Shown here: positions 9,298 through 20,113 of the stretch, one piece after another
Numbering within the stretch: the stretch's first letter is position 1
How the letters are laid out: the number at the start of each line of letters is the position of its first letter
Assembly (NCBI GenBank): GCA_963770565.1
Contig: CAVYQE010000001.1
Coordinates: 704,146 to 768,145, forward strand
DNA from: an uncultured Actinomycetota bacterium
GTDB lineage: Bacteria > Actinomycetota > Actinomycetes > JAFAQI01
Direction: 5' to 3'
DNA: 64,000 nt
The notes under the pieces: generated by a model
What the model was told of the DNA's origin: nothing
Database searches by the model: none
The model's input: the letters and a program-made list of their open reading frames with translations, nothing else
Translations under genes and position numbers: made by a program

Positions 9298-10632
9298 GTG
9301 ACCACACTGTTCGGCACCGACGGGATCCGTGGTGTCGCGGGCGTCGATCTGACCGCCGACCTTGCGACCTCGGTTGCCGCAGTGGCGGTCGAGGAGCTCG
9401 CTGCCGGACAGGATCGGCCGCTTGTCGTCGTCGGCCGGGATCCGCGCTCGTCCGGCGGATGGCTGCAGGACGCGGTGATCGAGGGCGTGACCGGCGCCGG
9501 CGCCGACGTTGCCTTGCTCGGGGTCATCCCCACGCCGGCCGTGGCGCGCGCGGTCGCCGACGGAGTGCCCGGCATCGACCAGTTGCCCGCCTTCGGCGTC
9601 GTGGTGTCGGCCAGTCACAATCCGGCACCTGACAACGGCATCAAGCTCTTCGGTGCGGGCGGGATGAAGCTCGACGACGACGGCGAGGCAGCGATCGAGG
9701 CCGGCGTCGACCGGCACGCGCCACCGAAGCACGCGGACCGTCGCGGCACGGTGCGCGCCGACCTCAGCCGCGATCATGCGTGGTACGTCGACGCCGTGCT
9801 GTCGACTGCTCCGCAACGCCTCGACGGGCTCCGGGTGGTCGTCGACTGCGCAAACGGGGCTGCCGCGACGGTCGCCCCATTGGTCTATGCGCAGGCCGGC
9901 GCCGACGTCATCGCGATCAACACCGATCTCTCCGGCGAACACATCAACGACAACTGCGGGGCGATGCACCTGAAGTCGCTGCGCGCCGCGATCGAGGAGA
10001 ACCACGCCGACGTTGGCATCGCCCATGACGGCGACGCCGATCGCTGCCTTGCAATGACGGCGAGCGGCGACGTCGTCGACGGGGACGCGATCGTCGCGGT
10101 CTTGGCGCTCGACCTGCAACGGCGCGGCGTGCTGCGCGGCGACGCAGTCGTGGTCACCGTCATGAGCAACCTCGGTCTGACTAAGGCACTTCGGAGTCAT
10201 GGCATCGGTGTCGTCGTCACTCCGGTCGGTGACCGGCACGTCGCGGAGCGAATGCGCGTCGACGACCTGGTGCTCGGCGGCGAGCAGTCGGGTCACATCG
10301 TGCTGCTCGACTATGCGAGCACTGGGGACGGTGTGCTGACCGCACTGCACCTGCTGTGTGCGGTCGCCGCGTCCGGACGGTCTCTCGCCGATCTGGCGGG
10401 CGTCGTCGAACGATTGCCACAGGTCCTCGTCAACGTCACCGTGTCCGACCGCAACACCGCGCTGGCCGCGGCGGCACTCGCGGTCGCCGACGCCGAGGCC
10501 GAGCTCGGCGAGGACGGCCGGATCCTGGTCCGCGCCAGCGGCACCGAGCCGGTGGTCCGGATCATGGTCGAGGCCCCGACCGAGACGGTGGCGAGCGACC
10601 TCGCCGCGCGGATCGCCGCAGTCGTGAGCTGA
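9298..10632 (+). CDS. glmM: phosphoglucosamine mutase
   Basis: LFGTDGIRG start and the active-site phosphoserine loop SASHNP are present. A GAGAG RBS lies 8 nt upstream of the GTG. Conserved rpsI-glmM-glmS order. Confidence 0.9.
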   Translation: MTTLFGTDGIRGVAGVDLTADLATSVAAVAVEELAAGQDRPLVVVGRDPRSSGGWLQDAVIEGVTGAGADVALLGVIPTPAVARAVADGVPGIDQLPAFGVVVSASHNPAPDNGIKLFGAGGMKLDDDGEAAIEAGVDRHAPPKHADRRGTVRADLSRDHAWYVDAVLSTAPQRLDGLRVVVDCANGAAATVAPLVYAQAGADVIAINTDLSGEHINDNCGAMHLKSLRAAIEENHADVGIAHDGDADRCLAMTASGDVVDGDAIVAVLALDLQRRGVLRGDAVVVTVMSNLGLTKALRSHGIGVVVTPVGDRHVAERMRVDDLVLGGEQSGHIVLLDYASTGDGVLTALHLLCAVAASGRSLADLAGVVERLPQVLVNVTVSDRNTALAAAALAVADAEAELGEDGRILVRASGTEPVVRIMVEAPTETVASDLAARIAAVVS

Positions 10633-10667
10633 CCGGGCCCAGGACCGGCGCAGCGTACGCTCATCGC

Positions 10668-12506
10668 ATGTGCGGGATCGTTGGCTATATCGGGACGAAA
10701 CCGGCACTCGACGTCATCATCGGCGGCCTGAGGCGACTCGAATACCGCGGCTACGACTCGGCCGGGATCGCGATCAACGACGGCGCCGGCCACCTCACCG
10801 TGGTGCGCCGGGCCGGCAAGTTGGCCAACCTCCAGCACGCCCTCGACGCCGAGGACCCGCAGTCGTTGCGCGGCAGTCTCGGGATCGGCCACACCCGGTG
10901 GGCCACCCACGGCGCACCCAACGATCGCAACGCCCACCCGCAGACCGACTGCAGTGGCGCGATCGCTGTGGTTCACAACGGCACGCTGGAGAACTTCACC
11001 GAACTGCGTGAGGGCCTCGAGCATCGCGGCCACGTGCTGACCAGCGACACCGACACCGAAGCGGTTGCCCACCTCCTCGAGGAGCGGTACGACGGCGACC
11101 TTGCGGCCGCGGTGCGCAGCGTCGCGGCCGACCTCGACGGCTCCTTCGTCCTGGTCGTCGTCCATCGCGACGAGCCGGAGCTCGTGGTCGGGGCGCGACG
11201 CAATCTGCCGTTGGTGGTCGGCCGGGGCGACGGCGAGAACTTCCTGGCCAGCGACGTCACCGCGTTCATCGCGCACACCCGCGACGCGCGCGCGATCGAC
11301 CAGGACCAGGTGGTCGAGCTGCGCCGCGACGGCGTTGTGGTCACGGACCTCGGCGGCGCTGCTGTCGACGGCGAGGAGTTTCACGTCGACTGGGACGTCG
11401 CCGCCGCTGAGAAGGCCGGCTACGACTACTTCATGCTCAAGGAGATCGACGAGCAACCCGAGGCGGTGCGCGAGACGCTCGGCGGCCGGCTGGACCCGAA
11501 CGGCCGGCTGATCCTCGACGAGCTCGCGATGAGCGACGAAGACATCCAGGGACTCAACCAGGTGATCGTGGTCGGTGCCGGGTCGGCGTACCACTCGGGT
11601 CTGGTCGCGAAGTATGCGATCGAGCGGTGGGCGCGGCTGCCGGTGCACGTCGAGATCTCGAGCGAGTTCCGCTATCGCGACCCCGTGCTCGACCGACACA
11701 CCCTGGTGGTGGCGATCAGTCAGAGCGGCGAAACAGCGGACACACTCGAAGCGGTGCGTCACGCCCGCCGGCAGCGGGCCTGGGTGCTCGCGGTGACCAA
11801 CACAGTCGGGTCGTCGATCGCCCGCGATAGCGACGCCGCGTTCTACACCCGAGGCGGTCCCGAGGTTGCGGTCGCGTCGACCAAGGCGGTCATGACGCAA
11901 CTGGCTGCCGTCTACCTCGTCGGTCTCTACCTTGCGCAGGTTCGCGGCTTCCGCGACACCGACGAGATCCGCTCGCACTTCCGCGACCTGGAGCAGATGC
12001 CTGCGCTGATCAGCGCAGTGCTCGCGCGGATGGATCCGGTCCGCAAGCTGGCGCGCGAGATCGCGTCCTCTGAACGGGTGTTGTTCATCGGCCGGCACGT
12101 CGGCTATCCGATGGCGCTCGAGGGCGCGTTGAAGCTCAAGGAGCTTGCGTACGTGTCCGCCGAAGGTTTCCCGGCCGGGGAGATCAAGCACGGTCCGATC
12201 GCGTTGATCGAGCGCGGGACGCCGGTCGTCGTGATCGCACCACGCCATGCGCTGACCCCGAAGCTGGTGACCAACGTGCAGGAGATCCGCGCCCGCGGGG
12301 CGCGCACGATCGTCATCGCGACCGACGGCGACGACAGCATGGTCAAGCATGCCGACGACCTAATCGTCATCCCGGACACCAAGTCGTTGCTGTCGCCGAT
12401 GTTGATGCTGGTGCCGATGCAGGTGTTGGCGGCGGAGTTTGCGATGTCGCGCGGCCTCGATGTCGATCAGCCGCGCAATCTCGCGAAGAGCGTCACCGTC
12501 GAGTGA
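10668..12506 (+). CDS. glmS: glutamine--fructose-6-phosphate aminotransferase (isomerising)
   Basis: MCGIVGYIG has the N-terminal catalytic Cys2 of class-II amidotransferases. Two SIS domains follow. The six-frame ORF 10356.. is an in-frame upstream extension (Arg-rich) and is rejected. Confidence 0.9.
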   Translation: MCGIVGYIGTKPALDVIIGGLRRLEYRGYDSAGIAINDGAGHLTVVRRAGKLANLQHALDAEDPQSLRGSLGIGHTRWATHGAPNDRNAHPQTDCSGAIAVVHNGTLENFTELREGLEHRGHVLTSDTDTEAVAHLLEERYDGDLAAAVRSVAADLDGSFVLVVVHRDEPELVVGARRNLPLVVGRGDGENFLASDVTAFIAHTRDARAIDQDQVVELRRDGVVVTDLGGAAVDGEEFHVDWDVAAAEKAGYDYFMLKEIDEQPEAVRETLGGRLDPNGRLILDELAMSDEDIQGLNQVIVVGAGSAYHSGLVAKYAIERWARLPVHVEISSEFRYRDPVLDRHTLVVAISQSGETADTLEAVRHARRQRAWVLAVTNTVGSSIARDSDAAFYTRGGPEVAVASTKAVMTQLAAVYLVGLYLAQVRGFRDTDEIRSHFRDLEQMPALISAVLARMDPVRKLAREIASSERVLFIGRHVGYPMALEGALKLKELAYVSAEGFPAGEIKHGPIALIERGTPVVVIAPRHALTPKLVTNVQEIRARGARTIVIATDGDDSMVKHADDLIVIPDTKSLLSPMLMLVPMQVLAAEFAMSRGLDVDQPRNLAKSVTVE

Positions 12507-12859
12507 CGATCGTCGGCATCGGCGTTGACGTCGTCGATCTCGCGCGCTTCGCCACTGCCCTCGAACGCACGCCGCACCTGGGCGACCGGCTCTTCACCGA
12601 CCAGGAGCGCGCGGCTCCGCCGGAGACCGTCGCGGCGACGTTTGCCGCCAAGGAGGCGGTGGCCAAGGTGCTCGGTGCGCCCGGCGGCCTCGGCTGGCAC
12701 GACGTCGAGGTGCGTCGGAACGAGGTCGGCGAGCCGACACTGGTCGTGACCGGGACAGTCGCCGCCGCTGCCGATGCGGCCGGCATCACCCGCTGGCACG
12801 TGTCGCTGTCGCATGATGGCGGCGTCGCGATCGCGATGGTCGTCGCGGAAGGTGCGTGA
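12503..12859 (+). CDS. acpS: holo-[acyl-carrier-protein] synthase
   Basis: [14 protein letters not shown]...FT..E matches the AcpS N-terminus (4'-phosphopantetheinyl transferase). GTGA overlap with the glmS stop. Confidence 0.85.
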   Translation: MTIVGIGVDVVDLARFATALERTPHLGDRLFTDQERAAPPETVAATFAAKEAVAKVLGAPGGLGWHDVEVRRNEVGEPTLVVTGTVAAAADAAGITRWHVSLSHDGGVAIAMVVAEGA

Positions 12860-14331
12860 TGAGAGCGGCATATGACGCGGCGGCGGTTCGGGCCGCGGAG
12901 GCACCGCTGCTCGCCGCCCTGCCTGAGGGCACCGTGATGCAGCGGGCTGCAGCGGCGCTCGCCCGGCGCTGCGCCGCGCTGCTCGACGGCGTGTACGGGT
13001 CGCACGTCGTGGTGCTGGCCGGGCCGGGTGGCAACGGCGGCGACGCGCTGTACGCCGGCGCGCGCCTCGCGCAGCGAGGCGCGCGGGTTGACGCGCTGCT
13101 TCTCACCGAGTCCGTGCTGGCGCCCGCCCTTGCTGCGCTTCGGGACGCGCGTGGCCGAGCGCAGCTCGCCGGCACCGACACCGATGTCGCGCTGCTCGCC
13201 GGCGCCGATCTCGTCGTCGACGGGATGCTCGGCATTGGCGCCACCGGCGCGCTGCGCGCACCGATGGCGCGCCTCGCCGACGTGCTCGGCACCTGCCCCG
13301 CGACGGTCGTCGCGGTCGACGTACCGAGCGGTGTCGACGCCTCGACCGGCGAGATCGCCGGTACCGCCGTGCGCGCCGATGTCACGGTGACGTTCGGCGC
13401 GCTGAAGCTCGGGTTGGTCGTCTCGCCGGGCGCGGCCTGTGCCGGCCAGGTCGAGCTGATCGACATCGGCCTGGTCCTGCCGGACGCCGACGCAACGCTG
13501 CTCGATGCGGCCGATGTCGCGGCGATGTTGCCGCAGCCGCAGGCGGAGAGCGACAAGTATCGGCGCGGCGTGGTTGGCATTGCGGCCGGCAGCGACACCT
13601 ACACCGGCGCGGCGCAGCTCGCCGTCGGCGGCGCGCTCGGACTCGGCGTCGGCATGGTCCGCTTCGCCGGCGTCAGGCACCCGACCGAGCTGGTCCGGCA
13701 GCGCTGGCCTGAAGCCGTGGTGACGGAGGTCGCACCCGGCGATGGCGCGGCCGTGCTCGCGGCCGGCCAGGTCCAGGCCTGGGTGGTCGGGTCGGGTCTC
13801 GGCACTGACGCCGCCGCAGGTGCGGTGATCGAGGCGGTGCTCGGCGCCGAGGTCCCGGTGCTGATCGACGCCGACGCGATCACCTGGCTGGGCGAGCACC
13901 GCGACCTGTTGCGCGATCGCCGCGCGCCCACCCTGTTGACCCCGCACTCGGGCGAGTTCGCCCGGCTGATGGGCGCGGATCGCGACGACGTCGACGCGCA
14001 CCGGCTCGCACAGGTCCGCGCGGCGGCCGCCGACCTCGGAGTCACCGTGCTGCTCAAGGGGTCGACCACCGTGGTCGCCTCACCGACCGGCCAGGTACGG
14101 ATCAACAGCGCGTCGACGCCGTACCTCGCGACCGCGGGAAGCGGAGACGTCCTGTCCGGTGTGTGCGGCGGGTTGCTCGCGGCCGGCCTCGAGCCACTCG
14201 ACGCCGGCGCCGCAGGGGCGTTCCTCCACGGTCTGGCCGGATTGCTCGCAGCCGGCAGCCCGGCCGCGTCGATCACTGCGATGGACATCGTGGACCGGCT
14301 GCCCGATGCGGTCCGTACGGTGCGCGCTTAG
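12856..14331 (+). CDS. nnr: bifunctional NAD(P)H-hydrate repair enzyme Nnr (YjeF-N epimerase + ADP-dependent dehydratase)
   Basis: YjeF-N motif [25 protein letters not shown], and a C-terminal carbohydrate-kinase-like domain with GGALGLG...TPH.GE...G. GTGA overlap with acpS. Confidence 0.8.
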   Translation: MMRAAYDAAAVRAAEAPLLAALPEGTVMQRAAAALARRCAALLDGVYGSHVVVLAGPGGNGGDALYAGARLAQRGARVDALLLTESVLAPALAALRDARGRAQLAGTDTDVALLAGADLVVDGMLGIGATGALRAPMARLADVLGTCPATVVAVDVPSGVDASTGEIAGTAVRADVTVTFGALKLGLVVSPGAACAGQVELIDIGLVLPDADATLLDAADVAAMLPQPQAESDKYRRGVVGIAAGSDTYTGAAQLAVGGALGLGVGMVRFAGVRHPTELVRQRWPEAVVTEVAPGDGAAVLAAGQVQAWVVGSGLGTDAAAGAVIEAVLGAEVPVLIDADAITWLGEHRDLLRDRRAPTLLTPHSGEFARLMGADRDDVDAHRLAQVRAAAADLGVTVLLKGSTTVVASPTGQVRINSASTPYLATAGSGDVLSGVCGGLLAAGLEPLDAGAAGAFLHGLAGLLAAGSPAASITAMDIVDRLPDAVRTVRA

Positions 14332-14350
14332 CGCACCCGCGATCGGCTAC

Positions 14351-14752
14351 TCACTTGCCCAGTGTCTGGCGCCACATCGCCGTGTCGTGATGGTTGGTCA
14401 GCTTCACGATCTTGCCGTCACGCACGGTGAAGACATGGACGAACGGAGCGTTCATGGTGGTGCCGGTCGCCTTCGCGGTGGCCACGACTCGACCGCGGAC
14501 GATCACCGTGTCGCCGTCGCGGAAGAAGTCCTCGGGCACGAGCTCGAAGGTGTCCCAGTGCTCGGGCACGGCAGCGAACACGTTCTGCGCGATCGCGTCG
14601 TGGCCGACGTGCGTACCGCGACCGGGTACGTGGTCGGCGTCGGTCTCGACCCATTCGGCACTTGGGTCGATCACGCCCAGTACGGCGGGGATGTCGCCGA
14701 CGGCGAAGGCGGCGTATGCGTTCTTGATCAGCTCGATCGGGTCAGTGGACAT
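14351..14752 (-). CDS. SnoaL-like / NTF2-fold (ketosteroid-isomerase-like) protein
   Basis: 133 aa. The N-terminal ELIKNAYAAFAVGDIPAVLGVIDP..EW pattern is typical of the NTF2-like/SnoaL_2 superfamily. Confidence 0.55.
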   Translation of the reverse strand: MSTDPIELIKNAYAAFAVGDIPAVLGVIDPSAEWVETDADHVPGRGTHVGHDAIAQNVFAAVPEHWDTFELVPEDFFRDGDTVIVRGRVVATAKATGTTMNAPFVHVFTVRDGKIVKLTNHHDTAMWRQTLGK

Positions 14753-14803
14753 GGCCCGAATGCTTGCTTAGTCCGAGCCGTTCTGGCAACGGTTCGTGCC
14801 CCA

Positions 14804-15022
14804 TCAGCCGCGGTCGATCCGATCCATCAGCTCGCGCCGCCTCAGCTCGAGCTGGCTGATCAGCGCTTCCTGCTGCTCGGCGCCTTCGATCGCCGCGGTC
14901 TTGTCCGAGGTCTCCTCCAAGTCGCGGCGCGCGTCATCGGCGATTCCCTGCAGCTCGGCGATCTGTGCTTCGAGCGCGGCCAGGTCGGCGCGCAGGGCGT
15001 CGGGGGAGTCAGGCGTGGTCAT
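14804..15022 (-). CDS. small coiled-coil hypothetical protein (72 aa)
   Basis: ATG preceded by an AAGAGG RBS. Strongly helical, charged heptad-like sequence (LRADLAALEAQIAELQGIADDARRDLEE...). The longer six-frame ORF upstream is an in-frame extension without an RBS. Confidence 0.3.
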   Translation of the reverse strand: MTTPDSPDALRADLAALEAQIAELQGIADDARRDLEETSDKTAAIEGAEQQEALISQLELRRRELMDRIDRG

Positions 15023-15095
15023 CAGACCTCTTCGTGGGCTCGGGGCGTGGTCGTGCGGTCCCAGGATTGCACGCCCCACCTGAGACAATGACGGG

Positions 15096-16223
15096 GTGAG
15101 TGTCTCTACGGCGCGAATCGACCTCGATGCGATCCGTGCCAACGTCGCCGAGCTCGACCGCCGTACCGGCGATTCGGCCGTCATGGCGGTGGTGAAGGCC
15201 GACGGCTACGGGCACGGCATGGTGGAGTCCGCGCGCGCCGCCCTCGATGGCGGCGCGACCTGGCTGGGCGTCGCGATGGCGGACGAGGCGCTCACGCTCC
15301 GGGCCGCGGGGATCGAGGCGCCGGCGCTCGCCTGGCTGCTCGGGCCGGCCGACGACTGGACCGCTGTCGCGGCCGTCGACGTCGACCTGGGGGTCAACGC
15401 CCGGTGGGCGCTGGACAAGGCGATCGCGGCCGGCGCGACGACCGGTCGGCCGGCCCGGGTCCACCTCAAGGTCGACACCGGACTCGGGCGCGCGGGCGCG
15501 ACGCCGCACGACTGGCCGGACCTGGTCGAGGCCGCCGCCAAGGCGCAGGCCGACGGAGCGGTCGAGGTGGTCGGGATCTGGTCACATCTCGCGTACGCCG
15601 ACAGCCCGGCGCATCCGACCATCGATAGACAGCGGCTGGTCTTCGACCAGGCGCTGGAGGTGGCGAGTGCGGCCGGGATCCAGCCATCGGTTCGCCATCT
15701 GGCCAACTCCGCGGCCAGCCTGGTGCGGCCCGATACGCACTATGACCTGGTCCGACCGGGGATCGCGGTCTACGGTCTCTCGCCGGGCCCGGAGGTCGGC
15801 ACCGCCGGAGAGCTCGGCCTCCAGCCGGCCATGACCCTGACGAGTCAGGTCGCGCTCGCCAAGCGGGTGCCGGCCGGCCACGGCGTGTCCTATGGGCACC
15901 GCTATACGACCACCAGCGAGACCACGCTGGCGTTGGTCCCGCTCGGCTACGCCGACGGCGTGCCGCGACACCTGACCAACGTCGGCGAGCTGACGATCGA
16001 CGGGCGTCGCTACCGGATCGCGGGCACGGTCTGCATGGACCAGTTCGTCGTCGATGTCGGTGACGATCCGGTCGCCGCCGGCGACGAGGTCGTCCTGTTC
16101 GGCTCCGGAGCAAGCGGTGAGCCGACCGCCGAGGACTGGGCGCAGGCGATCGGCACGATCAACTACGAGATCGTTTCGCGGGTCGGCGCGCGAGTGCCCC
16201 GGACCTATGTGGGGCAACGATGA
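15096..16223 (+). CDS. alr: alanine racemase
   Basis: PLP-binding motif AVVKADGYGHG (the Lys) and the C-terminal domain (...GTVCMDQ..VDV) are present. GTG start. Confidence 0.9.
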   Translation: MSVSTARIDLDAIRANVAELDRRTGDSAVMAVVKADGYGHGMVESARAALDGGATWLGVAMADEALTLRAAGIEAPALAWLLGPADDWTAVAAVDVDLGVNARWALDKAIAAGATTGRPARVHLKVDTGLGRAGATPHDWPDLVEAAAKAQADGAVEVVGIWSHLAYADSPAHPTIDRQRLVFDQALEVASAAGIQPSVRHLANSAASLVRPDTHYDLVRPGIAVYGLSPGPEVGTAGELGLQPAMTLTSQVALAKRVPAGHGVSYGHRYTTTSETTLALVPLGYADGVPRHLTNVGELTIDGRRYRIAGTVCMDQFVVDVGDDPVAAGDEVVLFGSGASGEPTAEDWAQAIGTINYEIVSRVGARVPRTYVGQR

Positions 16224-17284
16224 GCAAGCGGCGGCGGTTCGGGCTGGCGGCCGTGACCGCGGGAGTTGCGGGCGCGGCCCTCGGTGGCGCGATCGCCGCC
16301 GAGCGCCGGGTCGTCGGCCGCGCGCGCAGCCGACCGGACCCGTTCGTCGACGAGCCGTTCGGCTTGTTGCACACCGAAGGGATCGACGTGGTCGCCACCG
16401 ACGGCGTGCCGATCCACGTTGAGGTCGACGGCGATCTGCAGGCTTCGTTGACGATCGTGTTCGTGCACGGCTTCACGCTGTCGATGGACTCCTTCCACTT
16501 CCAGCGCCGCGATCTCGGCGATCTCGGCCGGCTGATCTTCTACGACCAGCGCAGCCACGGCCGCTCCGGTCGATCGGCTCCGGAGCACGCCACGATCGAC
16601 CAGCTCGGACAAGACCTATACGACGTACTGCAGGCGGTCGCCTCCAGCGGGCCGGTGATCCTCGTCGGTCACTCAATGGGTGGCATGACGATCCTTGCGC
16701 TCGCCGACCAGCACCCCGAGCTGTTCGGCGACCGGATCGTCGGGGTGGCGCTGCTGGCGACGTCGACCGGCGATCTCGCGAAGTCGCTACTGGGAATGCC
16801 GGACTGGGCGGCCCGAGTGATCGACCCCGCCGTGCCACAGCTCGCGCGGGTCGTCCGCAGGCGGGCGAACCTGATCGAGAGCAATCGCAAGCTCGGCAGC
16901 GACATCGCCTTCATGGCCACCCGCCGGTTGTCTTTCGGCACCGATGTGCCGCCGTCGCTGGTGGCATTCATGGAGCGGATGTTGAGCAGCACCTCGGTCG
17001 AGGTGATGTCGGAGTTCTTCGACACCTTCCTCTCGCACGAAAAGCTGAGGTCCGTCGACGTGCTGCGCGACATTCCGGTCCTGATCTCCTGCGGCGAGCG
17101 AGATGCACTGACGCCCCTCTCACACAGCGAGGTGATCGCGGCCGCGTTGCCCGATGCGGAGATGCAAGCGATCGCCGGCGCGAGCCACATGGCGTTGATC
17201 GACCGGTATCCGGCGGTCAACCGGGCGCTACGCCGGCTGGTGGCCCGGGCGACCGAGCAGTCGCCGAGCGCCGTCGCTGGATGA
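16220..17284 (+). CDS. alpha/beta-hydrolase fold protein
   Basis: HGFTLSMDSF oxyanion region, nucleophile elbow GHSMGG and a C-terminal His (ASHM). ATGA overlap with alr. Confidence 0.75.
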   Translation: MSKRRRFGLAAVTAGVAGAALGGAIAAERRVVGRARSRPDPFVDEPFGLLHTEGIDVVATDGVPIHVEVDGDLQASLTIVFVHGFTLSMDSFHFQRRDLGDLGRLIFYDQRSHGRSGRSAPEHATIDQLGQDLYDVLQAVASSGPVILVGHSMGGMTILALADQHPELFGDRIVGVALLATSTGDLAKSLLGMPDWAARVIDPAVPQLARVVRRRANLIESNRKLGSDIAFMATRRLSFGTDVPPSLVAFMERMLSSTSVEVMSEFFDTFLSHEKLRSVDVLRDIPVLISCGERDALTPLSHSEVIAAALPDAEMQAIAGASHMALIDRYPAVNRALRRLVARATEQSPSAVAG

Positions 17285-17901
17285 GCCCACGGGTTGCCGA
17301 TCCGCAGATCGCCGCGATCGCCGCGCGGGCCGCGTCCTGCGACGATCTCGACTCGATCGCTGCACTGGTTCGCACCTGCACGGCCTGCCCCGAGCTGGCC
17401 GGCACCCGCACGACCGTCGTGGTCGGCGATACGCCGCCATCGGCGTCGCTCCTGATCGTCGGCGAGGCGCCCGGTGCGACCGAGGATCTGGCCGGCCGCC
17501 CGTTCGTCGGCAAGGGCGGGCAGCTGCTCGACGAGCTGATGGCCGCGGCGGGGCTGTCGCGCCGGTCGACGGCGGTGCTCAACGTGCTGAAGTGCCGCCC
17601 ACCCGCGAACCGTACGCCGACCAGGGCCGAGGCGCTGCGGTGCGCCGGTTGGCTCGATCGCCAGGTCGAGCTGATTGCTCCGTCGCTCGTGTTGACCCTC
17701 GGCCGGACCGCGCTTACTTGGGCGCTCGATGGCCGCTCGACGCTCGAGCAGGTCAGAGGTCGGGTCCATGAGTGGCGGGGTCGAGGGCTGGTGGTGTCCT
17801 ACCACCCGTCGGCGGCGATCCGGTTCGGGCCGAAGGGTGCTCCGCGGGCGGCCCTCGAGGCGGATCTACGACTGGTTGCGCAGGCGCTGAAATGCAGCTG
17901 A
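17281..17901 (+). CDS. uracil-DNA glycosylase, family 4 type
   Basis: Family-4 UDG motifs GEAPG..ED..GRPFVGKGGQLL, with N-terminal Cys residues (CTACPEL) for the [4Fe-4S] cluster. Confidence 0.8.
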   Translation: MSPRVADPQIAAIAARAASCDDLDSIAALVRTCTACPELAGTRTTVVVGDTPPSASLLIVGEAPGATEDLAGRPFVGKGGQLLDELMAAAGLSRRSTAVLNVLKCRPPANRTPTRAEALRCAGWLDRQVELIAPSLVLTLGRTALTWALDGRSTLEQVRGRVHEWRGRGLVVSYHPSAAIRFGPKGAPRAALEADLRLVAQALKCS

Positions 17902-18344
17902 GCGTCGAGACACCCGAGGCGATGCGCGAGCTGGGGGAGCGCCTCGCCACGCACCTGCAGCCGGGGGACCTGGTTGTCCTCAGCGGCCGGCTCGGCGCGG
18001 GCAAGACCACCTTGGCGCAGGGAATCGGCACCGGCCTCGGGGTGTCGTCAGCGGTGTTGTCCCCGACCTTCGTGATCGCGCGGGTGCATCGGGACGGGCG
18101 GCTGCCGCTCGTGCACGTCGATGCCTACCGGTTGGCGACGATCGCCGAGGTCGACGACCTCGACCTCGATGCCTCGCTCGACGAGTCGGTGACCGTGGTC
18201 GAGTGGGGTGACGGGCTGGTCGAAGGACTGTCGGCGGATCGCCTGCTGGTCCGGATCGAACGGCCGGCGGAGGACTCCGATGAGACCCGGACCGTCGACC
18301 TGACCGGGGTCGGGCCGAGGTGGGCCGGGGTCAGCCTGCCGTGA
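17892..18344 (+). CDS. tsaE: tRNA threonylcarbamoyladenosine biosynthesis protein TsaE
   Basis: P-loop GRLGAGKTTLAQG(I)... with the conserved TsaE/YjeE fold. It overlaps the UDG 3' end by 10 nt. The tsaE-tsaB-rimI-tsaD cluster is conserved. Confidence 0.85.
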   Translation: MQLSVETPEAMRELGERLATHLQPGDLVVLSGRLGAGKTTLAQGIGTGLGVSSAVLSPTFVIARVHRDGRLPLVHVDAYRLATIAEVDDLDLDASLDESVTVVEWGDGLVEGLSADRLLVRIERPAEDSDETRTVDLTGVGPRWAGVSLP

Positions 18345-19632
18345 CCCGCTGGCGCGCGACTCGCGCCAGGTCGGGAAGGGTGTCGATCAGCGCCTGGGCC
18401 TGATCCTGGTCCCGGTAACGCGCGGTCGCGGTGAAGCGGTGGCCCGCGGTGTCGAGGAAGACGTTCGCGAGCCGGAGCCGGCGTACCCAAGGTCCTTGCG
18501 ACCACCGGATGCTCTGCACCTTCTCCAGCGGGACGATGACGGTGTCGGGCCGGAAGCGGCCGGTGCAGCAGGAGACATAGCGCTCGTCGTGGTGGATCCG
18601 GGCGTAGCGGCGGGCGAGCGGCGCCCGCCAGAACGATCGCGCCGGTGTGCCGGCCGGTGCTGGTAGCTCGGCGATCGCGCCGGGCAGCACCCGGCTCAGC
18701 AGCCACCGCGCCTCCTCGCGCGAGCCGAGCGGGAGCAAGGCCCGTGAGGTCATCCCGGACTGCCGGTCGCCGCGTTCGGCATTGCGGCGGCGAGCCACGT
18801 CGAACTCCAGCCGCACCCAGCCGAACGCCCGCCACGGCAGCGGCTCCACCCAGCGGACGGCCTGCACCCGGCCGTGCGGGATCGTCTCGGCCCGGGTCTG
18901 CAGAAGCCCGCTGCGCAACCGGATGCCGTCGGGTGCCTCCGCGATGTGGAACTCCCATTCGGCGGCGATCTGCCGCCAGGTGACGAGCAGGTCGCCGAAC
19001 ACGATCGGCACCGCCCCGGCGAGGATCCCGCCGGCGGCGTGCGGGAACGACACCGCCGCGACGATGACCCCGACGACCAGCAGTACGCCGAAGGCAAAGC
19101 GCAGGCTCAGCAGATTGGCGATCAGGATCTGGCTGCCGCGGACGGCGAGGATCTGCCGCTCCGGCGGCTCCGGGGTGTCGTCGGCGAGGCCGTGCGCCAA
19201 GGCGAGAAGCTGGGCCCGGACCGCGATCGCGCGCTCCTCGTTGAGGTAGGCGAGCCGGGCCCGGCCGGTGTCGTGCCCGGCGAGGACGAGCCGGAGCTCA
19301 GTGACGCCGAGGATTCGCGCGAGCAGCGGACGAACCAGGTCGATCCCCTGGATCCGGGTGACCGGCACCCGGACCTGCTGCCGCCGGATCAGGCCGGTGT
19401 CGATCTGCAGCTCGCCGCGGTGCACCCGCCATCTGGTCACCCGCCAGTACACGACCCCGGCGCCCGCCGCGAGCACGACCGCGACGAGATCGAAGACCGA
19501 CGGTCGGTGCTCGGCCGCGCCGTTCGCCGCGACGATGGTGAACAGCCCCGCCGCGGCTCCGCCGGCCCGCACGATGGGCGACAGCGGATGTAACCGCGAC
19601 CATGCTTCCGGAAGCGGGGCGTCCTCGCTCAC
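18331..19632 (-). CDS. membrane-anchored bacterial PH-domain protein (YdbT-like, bPH_2 repeats)
   Basis: N-terminal TM hairpin, then repeated bPH_2 modules (…VTRIQGIDLVRPLLARILGVTELRLV…). Paired with an upstream YdbS-like gene, the classical ydbS/ydbT arrangement. Confidence 0.7.
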   Translation of the reverse strand: MSEDAPLPEAWSRLHPLSPIVRAGGAAAGLFTIVAANGAAEHRPSVFDLVAVVLAAGAGVVYWRVTRWRVHRGELQIDTGLIRRQQVRVPVTRIQGIDLVRPLLARILGVTELRLVLAGHDTGRARLAYLNEERAIAVRAQLLALAHGLADDTPEPPERQILAVRGSQILIANLLSLRFAFGVLLVVGVIVAAVSFPHAAGGILAGAVPIVFGDLLVTWRQIAAEWEFHIAEAPDGIRLRSGLLQTRAETIPHGRVQAVRWVEPLPWRAFGWVRLEFDVARRRNAERGDRQSGMTSRALLPLGSREEARWLLSRVLPGAIAELPAPAGTPARSFWRAPLARRYARIHHDERYVSCCTGRFRPDTVIVPLEKVQSIRWSQGPWVRRLRLANVFLDTAGHRFTATARYRDQDQAQALIDTLPDLARVARQRVTAG

Positions 19633-20096
19633 AGCCCGGCGGCCTTGGCCTCGCCGAGGGCAGCGAGCCGATCACGCAGCCGGGCTGCCTCTGCGCTGTC
19701 GAGGCCGGGGATCCGGGCGTCGGTTGCCGACGCAGCGGTGTGCAGCTGCACCGTCGCCAGCCCGAACACCCGGTCGACCGGGCCGGCGGTGACGTCGACG
19801 AACTGCATCCGGCCGTACGGGACGACCGTCAGCCGGCGGATCATCACGCCACGACGCACGAGAAGGTCGTCGGCTCGTTCGGCGTACCCCCAGGCGCGAT
19901 AGCGCCGCCAGCTCAGTAGCGCGAAACCGGCCGAGCCAGCCAGCACGGCCGCTGCCGCGATCAGTCCGGCGGCCGCTCCGAACGGGATCCCGATCGCCAG
20001 GCCGAGCCCGATCAGCAGCAGCCCGCCGACCAGGCCGACCTGCGCCTGCCGAGCCCGCCACATCCGTGGCGAGGGGGACAGCCAGATCGGATCCAC
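19629..20096 (-). CDS. membrane-anchored bacterial PH-domain protein (YdbS-like, bPH_2)
   Basis: Two TM helices followed by a single bPH_2 domain (RLTVVPYGRMQFVDVTAGPVDRVFGLATVQLHTAS). Its stop overlaps the start of the downstream ydbT-like gene. Confidence 0.65.
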   Translation of the reverse strand: MDPIWLSPSPRMWRARQAQVGLVGGLLLIGLGLAIGIPFGAAAGLIAAAAVLAGSAGFALLSWRRYRAWGYAERADDLLVRRGVMIRRLTVVPYGRMQFVDVTAGPVDRVFGLATVQLHTAASATDARIPGLDSAEAARLRDRLAALGEAKAAGL

Positions 20097-20113
20097 GCGT
20101 CCTTCCTACCCCA

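Noticed and set aside
8824-9301. ORFs 8824..9294(+), 8859..9125(+), 8921..9301(+), 8833..9033(-) and 9027..9575(-) inside the intergenic repeat array
   Set aside because: They lie entirely within 97-bp tandem repeats whose period is not a multiple of 3. The peptide repeats change frame every unit, and there is no RBS or conserved domain. These are non-coding repeats.
10356-10667. Upstream in-frame extension of glmS (716-aa ORF), and similar extensions for PaiB (5895..), rimI (20265..), tsaD (20978..), tsaE (17772..), groES (23807..) and gpx (46498..)
   Set aside because: The conserved N-termini (MCGIVGY for glmS and so on) begin at internal start codons that show stop/start overlap or an RBS. 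The extensions are Arg-rich or overlap the upstream gene.
10632-10668. Possible glmS ribozyme upstream of glmS
   Set aside because: The glmM-glmS gap is only ~35 nt, whereas a glmS ribozyme needs ~150 nt. The ribozyme is a Firmicute feature and is not expected in actinobacteria.
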